Shown here one piece after another: positions 26,648 through 33,737 of a stretch of DNA of 64,000 bases. This DNA comes from an uncultured Clostridia bacterium (lineage in GTDB: Bacteria; Bacillota; Clostridia; Christensenellales; Borkfalkiaceae). Both the position numbers and the translations under genes were made by a program. The notes under the pieces are model-generated. The model was given only the letters and a program-made list of their open reading frames with translations, had not been told where the DNA came from and did no database searches. Location of the stretch: contig CALVWX010000005.1 of NCBI GenBank assembly GCA_944368215.1, positions 32,481 through 96,480 on the forward strand. Direction: 5' to 3'. Numbering within the stretch: the stretch's first letter is position 1; every line of letters starts with the position of its first letter.

Positions 26648-27511
26648 ATGAAAATCGCGGCAATAGACATCGGTTCAAATTCCGTTCGCCTTATGATGTG
26701 GGCGGACGGAAAAACTTTATATAAGCGCCTCAACACCACCCGTCTCGGCGAAGGCCTCGTCTCCACCGGCATGATGACTGTGCAGGCAATCTCCCGCACG
26801 GCAACCGCCATACGCGACTTTACCGTGCAAGCCAAAGATGAAGGCGCTCAGCGCGTTTACGCCTTTGCAACGGCGGCCGTCCGTTCGGCTTCCAACCACG
26901 CCGACTTTTTAAAGCAAGTAAAGTCGGTTGCCGGCATAGACGTAGACGTCATTTCGGGCGGGGAGGAAGCGCGCATCGGAATTTTAGGCGCGCTCGGCAA
27001 CGACGACGGCGGCATAATCGACGTCGGCGGCGCCTCTACCGAAATAACCGTCCAGCGCGGCGGCGTTCGCTTATATTCCCACAGCGCCAACATAGGGACG
27101 GTAAGGCTCGCAGACGCGTGCGGCAGGGATAAAGAGGCTTTGTCGCGGTATATATCGGGGGCAATCGTCGAATACGGCGCCGTACCCGCCGCGGGGCTCA
27201 CCTTGTATGCCATCGGCGGAACGGCCACAACCATGGCCTCGGTTGCGCTCGGCCTCGAAAAATACGACCCCGCCATAGTCGACGGCACAAAGGTAACTTT
27301 GCAGGCGGCGGAGCGCATGGCCGAAGATTTCCTTTCAATGCCCGTCGAAGATATAAAAAAGGTAAAGGGCATGGAGCCGCGCCGCGCCGACGTCATAGGC
27401 GGCGGATGCCTTTTAATGTGCCGCATAATGGAAATGCTCGGTATAGACAGCATAACCGTATCCGAAAAGGACAACCTTGAAGGTTACGTGCTGTCACGCC
27501 TCAACGCTTAG
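26648..27511 (+). CDS. Ppx/GppA-family phosphatase
   Basis: ATG at 26648 (MKIAAIDIGSNSVRLMMW), an ASKHA-fold N-terminal signature, plus GGEEARIG. 287 aa, so catalytic domains only. Confidence 0.85.
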   Translation: MKIAAIDIGSNSVRLMMWADGKTLYKRLNTTRLGEGLVSTGMMTVQAISRTATAIRDFTVQAKDEGAQRVYAFATAAVRSASNHADFLKQVKSVAGIDVDVISGGEEARIGILGALGNDDGGIIDVGGASTEITVQRGGVRLYSHSANIGTVRLADACGRDKEALSRYISGAIVEYGAVPAAGLTLYAIGGTATTMASVALGLEKYDPAIVDGTKVTLQAAERMAEDFLSMPVEDIKKVKGMEPRRADVIGGGCLLMCRIMEMLGIDSITVSEKDNLEGYVLSRLNA

Positions 27512-27537
27512 CCGCGCATATACGCAAAGGGGAAAAT

Positions 27538-28329
27538 ATGAAAAGCAAAATACTGTTCTGGTCGTCACTCATAATTTCGCTCGCCCTCGCCGTGCTGTGC
27601 GGATATGTGTTCTGCACGCGCGTCGTATTTGAAGGCGCGGGGCTCGAAAGTCTCGTTCCGGCCTATATAATTCTGCTCTTTTTAAGCATAATTTTTTCCG
27701 ACCTCGTGCACGAAGGCGCGCACCTTCTCGTCGGCGTATGTTGCAATATGGGCATAAAGCCAGATAAATACCGCATATTCCGCACGTCGTCCGTAAACGT
27801 TTATCCCAAGGGCGCGCGCGGCATGCGCGGCAGAATGATTGCCACCGCCTCGGCGGGCATTGTGGTCAACTTCGCCTGCCTCGTCCTCGGCATAATCTCG
27901 GTGTGCGTGCCGGGTGTGTCGGCGGTGTTCTGCATACTGCTGCCTTATTCGGCGTATATCTTTTTAATCAACGCCGTCCCCGACGACAGGAACGGCGCAA
28001 AAAACGACGGAATGATAGTGTGGGAACTCATAACCAACGCCGATTCCGCCGCCGTTATGTTGCAGATACTTCGCATTCAGGGCATGGTCCGCACGGGCAC
28101 AAAGCTCGCCGACGTCCCCGAAGCTATGTTTTTCGACGTTCCCCAGCTGCCCGAAGACGATATAAATTATATCATATTAACACAGCTCCGATACGAATAT
28201 TACCTTGAGCGCGGCAACGACAGCGAAGCCTACAAATATTTCCTGCGCTATAAGGATTTAATCGACTATCTTCCCTCCGAATACCAGACCCGCGATGAAA
28301 AACCCCGCAACAAGGCCAAAGAGGAGTAA
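27538..28329 (+). CDS. Membrane zinc metalloprotease-like protein (site-2-protease/M50-like motifs)
   Basis: 263 aa. HExxH (HEGAH) follows a hydrophobic helix, with NAVPDDRNGAKNDG in a later helix (NxxPxxxxDG-like). The C-terminus is soluble and helical. Confidence 0.55.
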   Translation: MKSKILFWSSLIISLALAVLCGYVFCTRVVFEGAGLESLVPAYIILLFLSIIFSDLVHEGAHLLVGVCCNMGIKPDKYRIFRTSSVNVYPKGARGMRGRMIATASAGIVVNFACLVLGIISVCVPGVSAVFCILLPYSAYIFLINAVPDDRNGAKNDGMIVWELITNADSAAVMLQILRIQGMVRTGTKLADVPEAMFFDVPQLPEDDINYIILTQLRYEYYLERGNDSEAYKYFLRYKDLIDYLPSEYQTRDEKPRNKAKEE

Positions 28330-28370
28330 TCCCCTGCGCATGCCGGGCAACAATAAAAATTTGGATTGAT

Positions 28371-28409
28371 AAGCGCGCCGCGAAAAGCTGCTTTCGCGGC
28401 GCGCTTTTT
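28371..28409 (+). terminator. Rho-independent terminator
   Basis: AAGCGCGCCGCGAAAAG...CTTTCGCGGCGCGCTT followed by TTTT. Confidence 0.85.
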
Positions 28410-28685
28410 ATGCAATCGGCTCGGCCGGATATGTGCGGCGCTGACTTTTGCCGTACCTCCAAAAGATAAACGTGCAATTTTTTACTTTAATAAACAGCTC
28501 TGCAAAATCGCGGTGCGGACTTCTGTCCGCGCCGCATTGCCATTTATTGCGCTGCCCGTCGTTGCCGCGCTTCCAGTGGTTCCGAACCTTTCCGGCCAGT
28601 TGCCGTGCAGCAATGCCCGTCGTCAGCGGCATATATATGTTGCCGCCGCTCAAAAAACTTTTGCAATAAATTTTACGGAAAATAG

Positions 28686-28736
28686 TTGACACCGTGTCAG
28701 AATACCGCTATAATACAGTTACTGACACGATGTCAG
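28686..28736 (+). promoter_or_regulatory. Consensus promoter with twin palindromic operator sites
   Basis: TTGACA(28686-28691)-17-TATAAT(28709-28714). TGACACCGTGTCA (28687-28699) overlaps the -35 and CTGACACGATGTCAG (28722-28736) covers the start region. Confidence 0.65.
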
Positions 28737-28769
28737 AAATATAGATCCGATTAAAATAAGGAGTATATC

Positions 28770-29318
28770 ATGAAAAAGAACATAGGCAGCGTATTGGCAT
28801 TATATCCCACTCCCGCGGCGGTGGTGGGCGCGATGAACGGCGAAAAACCCACGTGGACGCTCGTGGCGCACGTCGGCATTCTCGGGCACGACCATGTGCT
28901 CGTCAGCCTCGCATCGGCGCACTTTATCAACGGCTGCATAAAAAAGAACGGCAGGCTGACTATAAACCTCGTTGACGAAGCTATGCTCCCCGCGGCGGAC
29001 GAGTCGGGCGCCAGGAGCGGCGTCAAAGCCGATAAGTCGGAGCTCTTCGAATATGAAGCGGGCGAAAACGGCGCGCCCGTAATTAAAAATTCTCCCCTCG
29101 CAATGGAATGCACGGTAACCGATATTTACAATACCGACGGTTTCGAAAATTTTATCTGCACAATCGATAACACGTATGTAGAGGAAGAGCACCTCAGCGA
29201 ACAGGGCAAAATCAATTACAACACTTTAAAACCCGTACTGTTCGAAATGCCTACATATTCCTACCTTAAAACGGGCGAAGTGCTCGGCAAGTGCCTCTCA
29301 TTCAGAAAGGATAAATAA
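28770..29318 (+). CDS. Flavin reductase family protein (FMN-binding split barrel)
   Basis: 182 aa. The N-terminal pattern LALYPTPAAVVGAMNGEKPTWTLVAHVGILGHDHVLVSL is typical of flavin-reductase-like domains. SD AAGGAG. Confidence 0.75.
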   Translation: MKKNIGSVLALYPTPAAVVGAMNGEKPTWTLVAHVGILGHDHVLVSLASAHFINGCIKKNGRLTINLVDEAMLPAADESGARSGVKADKSELFEYEAGENGAPVIKNSPLAMECTVTDIYNTDGFENFICTIDNTYVEEEHLSEQGKINYNTLKPVLFEMPTYSYLKTGEVLGKCLSFRKDK

Positions 29319-29335
29319 TTTTAAGGGGGGAATGT

Positions 29336-29872
29336 ATGAAAATCATAATATTGCAGGACAGCCCCAACCGCCGCGGTTCAACATATCTGCTGGCGGACAG
29401 CTTCCGTCAGGGCGCGGAAAGCGCGGGGCATACCGTCGAAATTATCGACGTCGCGCATGCCGGCATTCATCCCTGCACGGGCTGTGTGCATTGCGGGTAT
29501 GAAGGCCCGTGCGTGCAGAAAGACGGAGTGGAGGATATCCGCCGCAAAATTTTAAGCGCGGATATGCTGGTGTTTGCAACGCCGCTCTATTATTACGGTA
29601 TGAGTGCGCAGCTAAAAGCGCTCATCGACCGCTTCTGCGCGTTCAATTCAAGCCTTACGCGCAAGCATATGAAATCTGCCCTGCTCGCCGCGGCGTGGAA
29701 CGACGACAGCTGGACGTTCGATGCGCTGAAAGCGCACTATGAAACGCTCGTCCGCTATCTCGATTTTGATGACGCGGGCACTATTTTAGGCGGCGGTTGC
29801 GGAACGCCTTCCATGACGGAGCATTCAATATACCCCCGGCGCGCCTACGAGCTGGGAAGAAACCTTAAATAA
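29336..29872 (+). CDS. Flavodoxin-like NAD(P)H-dependent FMN reductase / iron-sulfur flavoprotein-like
   Basis: 178 aa with MKIIILQDSPNRRGSTYLL and a Cys cluster HPCTGCVHCGYEGPC, as in Isf-type flavoproteins. Confidence 0.75.
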   Translation: MKIIILQDSPNRRGSTYLLADSFRQGAESAGHTVEIIDVAHAGIHPCTGCVHCGYEGPCVQKDGVEDIRRKILSADMLVFATPLYYYGMSAQLKALIDRFCAFNSSLTRKHMKSALLAAAWNDDSWTFDALKAHYETLVRYLDFDDAGTILGGGCGTPSMTEHSIYPRRAYELGRNLK

Positions 29873-29923
29873 AATTTATTCGCGCAAATAAATTTTAGCG
29901 CTAAAAAAGTCACTGCGTTGCAC

Positions 29924-29952
29924 TTGACACAGCAAAGATTACGCTATATAAT
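29924..29952 (+). promoter_or_regulatory. Consensus sigma-A promoter upstream of the repeat and FMN riboswitch
   Basis: TTGACA(29924-29929)-17 nt-TATAAT(29947-29952). Confidence 0.65.
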
Positions 29953-29971
29953 AAAACTACGCTCATATAGT

Positions 29972-30293
29972 GCTGCACGACACGAGCGAAAAACTTATCT
30001 CGCAAGGCGAATTTATTTCGCCGCAAGCGGACAACATTTGTTGCGCAAGCAACCTCAGCAAGGTGAATTTGCGCGATAAAAAATATGAGTGCTATCCGGC
30101 ATCGCGCAAAGAGGAGCAGAGCTCCTCAAATCACGGAAAGTTTTTGCGCGTCGCCAGCGCACAACTTTCGTGAGAAATTAATTATTAAATAATTTATGCC
30201 GAGCAGCGTAGGCGGAATTGATTTCTGCCGTATGGCGCTGCACGACCACAGCAATCTCGTTGCGTGTCGCGCCGCTGCACGACACGAGCGAAA
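29972..30293 (+). repeat. Family C element bounded by a perfect 20-nt direct repeat
   Basis: GCTGCACGACACGAGCGAAA occurs at 29972-29991 and again at 30274-30293 (20/20 identical). The interior 29999-30172 is the inverted partner of 24848-25022. Confidence 0.8.
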
Positions 30294-30308
30294 CAAAATT
30301 TAAAGTAT

Positions 30309-30489
30309 ATTCTTTGGGGCGGGGTGCAATTCCCCACCGGCAGTATAGTCTGCGACGTAAAGAGGATGAGAACCTCTTTACCTGATCGGGCGTAATTCCC
30401 GAACCGACGGTATAGTCCGGATGGTAAAAGAATTACAAAGCGGCAATTTAAAATTCCGCGCCCCGCAATTCTATTGCGGGGCGCTTTTT
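30309..30489 (+). promoter_or_regulatory. FMN riboswitch (RFN element) with terminator expression platform
   Basis: The aptamer (30309-30433) carries the conserved RFN blocks GGGGCGGGGTGCAATTCCCCACCGGC, AGTATAGTC, GATCGGGCGTAATTCCCGAACCGACGGTATAGTCCGGATGG, with P1 ATTCTTT/AAAGAAT. The terminator is GCGCCCCGCAAT-TCT-ATTGCGGGGCGC + TTTTT (30458-30489). It lies upstream of ribU. Confidence 0.9.
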
Positions 30490-30502
30490 ATCAAAAACCG
30501 CC

Positions 30503-30541
30503 GCCGCCCCGAAAAAACTGTTTTTTCGGGGCGGCCTTTTT
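30503..30541 (+). terminator. Second terminator-like hairpin between riboswitch and ribU
   Basis: GCCGCCCCGAAAAAA-CTG-TTTTTTCGGGGCGGC followed by CTTTTT. Confidence 0.6.
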
Positions 30542-30593
30542 GTAAACGAAGAATTGCTTTAAAAATAAAAATTTTTTAAAAGGAGTTCTTTTT

Positions 30594-31370
30594 ATGCAAA
30601 ACACCCAGACTGCGGGCGGAGCAAAGTATTTCAGCTCAACCCGAATCGCGGTAATCGCAGTTCTCTCTGCAATCGCCGCAATTTTGTACATCTTAAAGTT
30701 CCCCATCGCGGCAATTTTCCCGTCGTGGCTCGAACTCAATTTTTCTGACATCCCCGCGCTCATCGGCACATTCGCCCTCGGTCCCGTGTCGGGCGCGATA
30801 ATAGTGGCGGTTAAAATCCTGCTCGAACTGCTCTTTACGGGCACTTCCACCATGTTTGTCGGTGACTTTGCCGACCTCATTTTAGGTTGTGCTTTCGTCG
30901 TCCCCGCAGGGTTAATATATAAGCGCAACCGCACATTCAGGGGCGCTTTAATCGGCCTTGTCGTCGGCGCGGTCTGTTCCACGGCCCTCGGCATACTCGC
31001 CAACTGGCTCATTCTCGTTCCCTTCTACATATTCGCTTTCTTCGGCGGCAGCTGGGACCCTCTCCTCAGCATCATGAGCGCCATATTCGGCAACGTCACG
31101 CGCGAAACATTTTATACCTATTATCTCTGGTGCTCCGTTCTGCCCTTCAACGCGTTGAGGTGTTTAATCGCGATACTCGTCGTGTTGCCCGTCTATAAGC
31201 ACATCTCGCGCATAATAAACAGGCTCAACGCCCGCCTGACCCCCAAGCAGGAGAGGTCGGCAGAACAGACCAAAAAGCTCAACGTCCGCCTCATAATAAT
31301 CGGCGCGGTTGTTCTCGTCGCGGTAATCGCGGCCATTCTTTTAAGATACTTTCTGCACGACGCTCTTTGA
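30594..31370 (+). CDS. ribU: Riboflavin transporter RibU (ECF S component)
   Basis: 258 aa, multi-TM, with TRIAVIAVLSAIAAILYILKFPI...LELNFSDIPALIGTFALGPVSG typical of the RibU/FmnP family. It sits under an FMN riboswitch. SD AAAGGAG. Confidence 0.88.
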   Translation: MQNTQTAGGAKYFSSTRIAVIAVLSAIAAILYILKFPIAAIFPSWLELNFSDIPALIGTFALGPVSGAIIVAVKILLELLFTGTSTMFVGDFADLILGCAFVVPAGLIYKRNRTFRGALIGLVVGAVCSTALGILANWLILVPFYIFAFFGGSWDPLLSIMSAIFGNVTRETFYTYYLWCSVLPFNALRCLIAILVVLPVYKHISRIINRLNARLTPKQERSAEQTKKLNVRLIIIGAVVLVAVIAAILLRYFLHDAL

Positions 31371-31408
31371 TTGCTTCAGACGGTGTACGAACAAAACTTA
31401 ATCGGCGC

Positions 31409-31444
31409 GGCGCGCGACCTGAAAGGTCGCGCGCCCTAAATTTT
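31409..31444 (+). terminator. Terminator after ribU
   Basis: GGCGCGCGACC-TGAAA-GGTCGCGCGCC followed by CTAAATTTT. Confidence 0.7.
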
Positions 31445-31473
31445 CCCATTTTGATAAAATCACATGTAAATTA

Positions 31474-31502
31474 TTGCAAAAAAAGCCGCAAGGCGGTATA
31501 AT
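31474..31502 (+). promoter_or_regulatory. Near-consensus sigma-A promoter for tsaE operon
   Basis: TTGCAA(31474-31479)-17 nt-TATAAT(31497-31502). The ATG follows 8 nt after the -10. Confidence 0.55.
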
Positions 31503-31510
31503 TAAAGCGT

Positions 31511-31915
31511 ATGGCAGTATTTCTTTCAAGGGGAGAAGAAAAAACGCGGCGCTTCGCCGCGCAATACGCGCGCAGCTTAAAGCCGGGCGACGTCGTCATT
31601 CTGGACGGCGAAATGGGCGCCGGCAAAACTGTATTCGCCAAAGGCGTGGCCGAAGGTCTGGGCATCGAAGACGACATAACTTCGCCCACCTACGCGTACA
31701 TGAACGATTATTACGGCAAGCTCTATCATTACGATTGCTACCGCTTGACTTCGGGCGCGCAGGCCGAAGCCCTCGGACTTACCGACTATTTTTACGCGGA
31801 CGGCGTCTGCCTCATAGAGTGGGCGGAAAACATCGCCGATGTTCTCCCCGAAAACTGTAAAAAAGTCATTATAAACAAAGTTTCGCAAAATGCAAGGGAG
31901 ATAATCTATGACTGA
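31511..31915 (+). CDS. tsaE: tRNA t6A37 biosynthesis ATPase TsaE
   Basis: 134 aa with P-loop GEMGAGKTVFAKG and SPTYAY motifs. Confidence 0.9.
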   Translation: MAVFLSRGEEKTRRFAAQYARSLKPGDVVILDGEMGAGKTVFAKGVAEGLGIEDDITSPTYAYMNDYYGKLYHYDCYRLTSGAQAEALGLTDYFYADGVCLIEWAENIADVLPENCKKVIINKVSQNAREIIYD

Positions 31916-32522
31916 TTTTCTCGCCGTCGATACGTCTTCAAAATATCTCACAGTCGTTGCAAGAAAGGGCGGGAGCACGGTGATCAATCACCTGCCCGAA
32001 TGCGCCATGCGCCATTCCGTCATACTCATGGACGAAATAAACAAAACGCTCAAAGAGGCCGCACTATCCCCCGACGAATGCGCATTTTTCGCCGCGGTCA
32101 CGGGCCCCGGGTCATTCACGGGCATAAGAATAGGCCTCTCAACGATAAAGGGCTTTTGCGTCGCAACGGGCAAACCGTCCGTCGCAGTCACCTCGTTCGG
32201 GCTCATCGCATACAATGTAAAGAGTTCTTCGCCCTTCGGCGTAGCCATAGACGCCATGCACGGACATTACTATTTTCAGACTTTTTCTCCCGGCGGCGAG
32301 TCTCTCTCGAACCCCGCATATCTTACGGGCGATGAAGTGCAGAATTCAGGCATGCCGCTGTACGGGTTTGAAGAGCTTCCCCTTAAAAATTATACACGTC
32401 TGAACGCGGGGAATTGCCTGCAAGGCGCGGTGATGCGCGCCGCACAAAAAGGTTTTTCGCCGCTCGCTGCGCTCTATGTGCGCAAAAGTCAGGCGGAGGC
32501 GGCCCGCGATGCTCATCCGTGA
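31908..32522 (+). CDS. tsaB: tRNA t6A37 biosynthesis protein TsaB
   Basis: 204 aa with LAVDTSS and VTGPGSFTGIRIGLST motifs. Fits tsaE-tsaB-rimI synteny. Confidence 0.9.
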   Translation: MTDFLAVDTSSKYLTVVARKGGSTVINHLPECAMRHSVILMDEINKTLKEAALSPDECAFFAAVTGPGSFTGIRIGLSTIKGFCVATGKPSVAVTSFGLIAYNVKSSSPFGVAIDAMHGHYYFQTFSPGGESLSNPAYLTGDEVQNSGMPLYGFEELPLKNYTRLNAGNCLQGAVMRAAQKGFSPLAALYVRKSQAEAARDAHP

Positions 32523-32946
32523 GTGGAAGTTCGAAGATATTCTGGCCCTGACCGCCCTCGAAGAACAGTGCTTTGAAAGCGACCGCTGGAGTTACCGCAC
32601 CTTCGCTTCGTGTTACGAAAATTCCGCCTTTTTCGGGGTCGTTGCCACCGAGGGCGGAGAGATAATAGGTTACGGCGGTATAACAATCGCGGCCGACAGC
32701 GCCGATATCGAAAACGTGCTCGTCGCCGAAGGTTACCGCCGCGGCGGCGTCGGCAACAAAATTGTCGGAAGCCTGATTGAACACGCGCGCGGCTGCGGCG
32801 TAAGGGATATTTTTCTCGAAGTGCGCGTCTCCAACGCGCCCGCCATGCGCCTGTATTTAAAAAATAATTTCGTCGGCGTCTACGCCCGCACGAGATATTA
32901 TTCCGACGGCGAAGACTGCCTCGTCATGAAGCTTTCTTTTACGTAA
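32509..32946 (+). CDS. rimI: Ribosomal-protein-alanine N-acetyltransferase RimI (GNAT)
   Basis: ATG at 32509 (MLIREWKFEDIL) with a GNAT acetyl-CoA motif (VAEGYRRGGVGNKIV). Position is after tsaB. Confidence 0.8.
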   Translation: MLIREWKFEDILALTALEEQCFESDRWSYRTFASCYENSAFFGVVATEGGEIIGYGGITIAADSADIENVLVAEGYRRGGVGNKIVGSLIEHARGCGVRDIFLEVRVSNAPAMRLYLKNNFVGVYARTRYYSDGEDCLVMKLSFT

Positions 32947-32951
32947 TATGC

Positions 32952-33737
32952 ATGCGGCGCCGCAAAAACCTTTCGCGCGGCCCGTTCCTTAATAATTGCG
33001 GGAGGTGTAAAAGCATAATTCTCAACGGCCGCTATGTCGGCGTGCAAAGGGAGGGGCAGGGAAAACAGCTGCTCTTTCTGCACGGCTACATGTCGGATAA
33101 AAACAGCTTTTACTACCAGATAAAATTTTTCTCCGCGCACGGCTTTGAATGTATCGCGCCCGATTTCCCCGGTTTCGGTTCGTCCGCGCCCATAAAAGAG
33201 GAGTGGTCGGTCGGCGACTATGCCGCATGGCTGTACGATTTTACGCAGGCGGCGCATATCGTGCGTCCGCATATAATCGCGCATTCATTCGGCTGCCGCG
33301 TCGCGTTAAAACTTTTAAGCGCGCAAAACATTGCCGACCGCCTTGTAATAACAGGCGGCGCAGGGATAGTAAAACCCCGTTCGCCCGCATATATGCGCAA
33401 GGTAAAGGCCTATCGCACGGTTAAAAAGTTCGCCCCGAAGTTTGCCGAAAAGCACTTCGGCAGCAGCGAATACCGCGCCCTTCCGCCCGTCATGCGCGGC
33501 AGTTACAAAAAAATCGTCAACGAGGATCTGCGCGCGTGCGCGTCCCTCGTAAAAAACAAAACGCTCCTCATTTACGGCGCAGGCGATAGAGTCACGCCGC
33601 CTGATGAAGAGGGGCAAACCTTTCATGAACTCATTGCGGAAAGTTCGCTCGTCACAATGCGCGGCGACCATTTCTGCTTTTGCCGCTACCCCCAAATTTT
33701 CAACGCCGCCGCGCTGGCGTTCCTTACGGAGGATTAA
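32952..33737 (+). CDS. Alpha/beta hydrolase
   Basis: LLFLHGYMSDKNSF..., nucleophile elbow AHSFGC, C-terminal GAGDRVTP ... GDHF. The start is uncertain. Confidence 0.75.
   Translation: MRRRKNLSRGPFLNNCGRCKSIILNGRYVGVQREGQGKQLLFLHGYMSDKNSFYYQIKFFSAHGFECIAPDFPGFGSSAPIKEEWSVGDYAAWLYDFTQAAHIVRPHIIAHSFGCRVALKLLSAQNIADRLVITGGAGIVKPRSPAYMRKVKAYRTVKKFAPKFAEKHFGSSEYRALPPVMRGSYKKIVNEDLRACASLVKNKTLLIYGAGDRVTPPDEEGQTFHELIAESSLVTMRGDHFCFCRYPQIFNAAALAFLTED

Noticed and set aside
29970-30173. 67-aa ORF sharing QGEFISP... with the minus-strand ORF 24749..25024: a possible small conserved protein
   Set aside because: Both lie in the two inverted Family C repeat copies. The shared peptide comes from the conserved CGCAAGGCGAATTYATTTCGCC hairpin. 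There is no SD, and the rest of the alignment is poor. I treat it as noncoding repeat, with low certainty.
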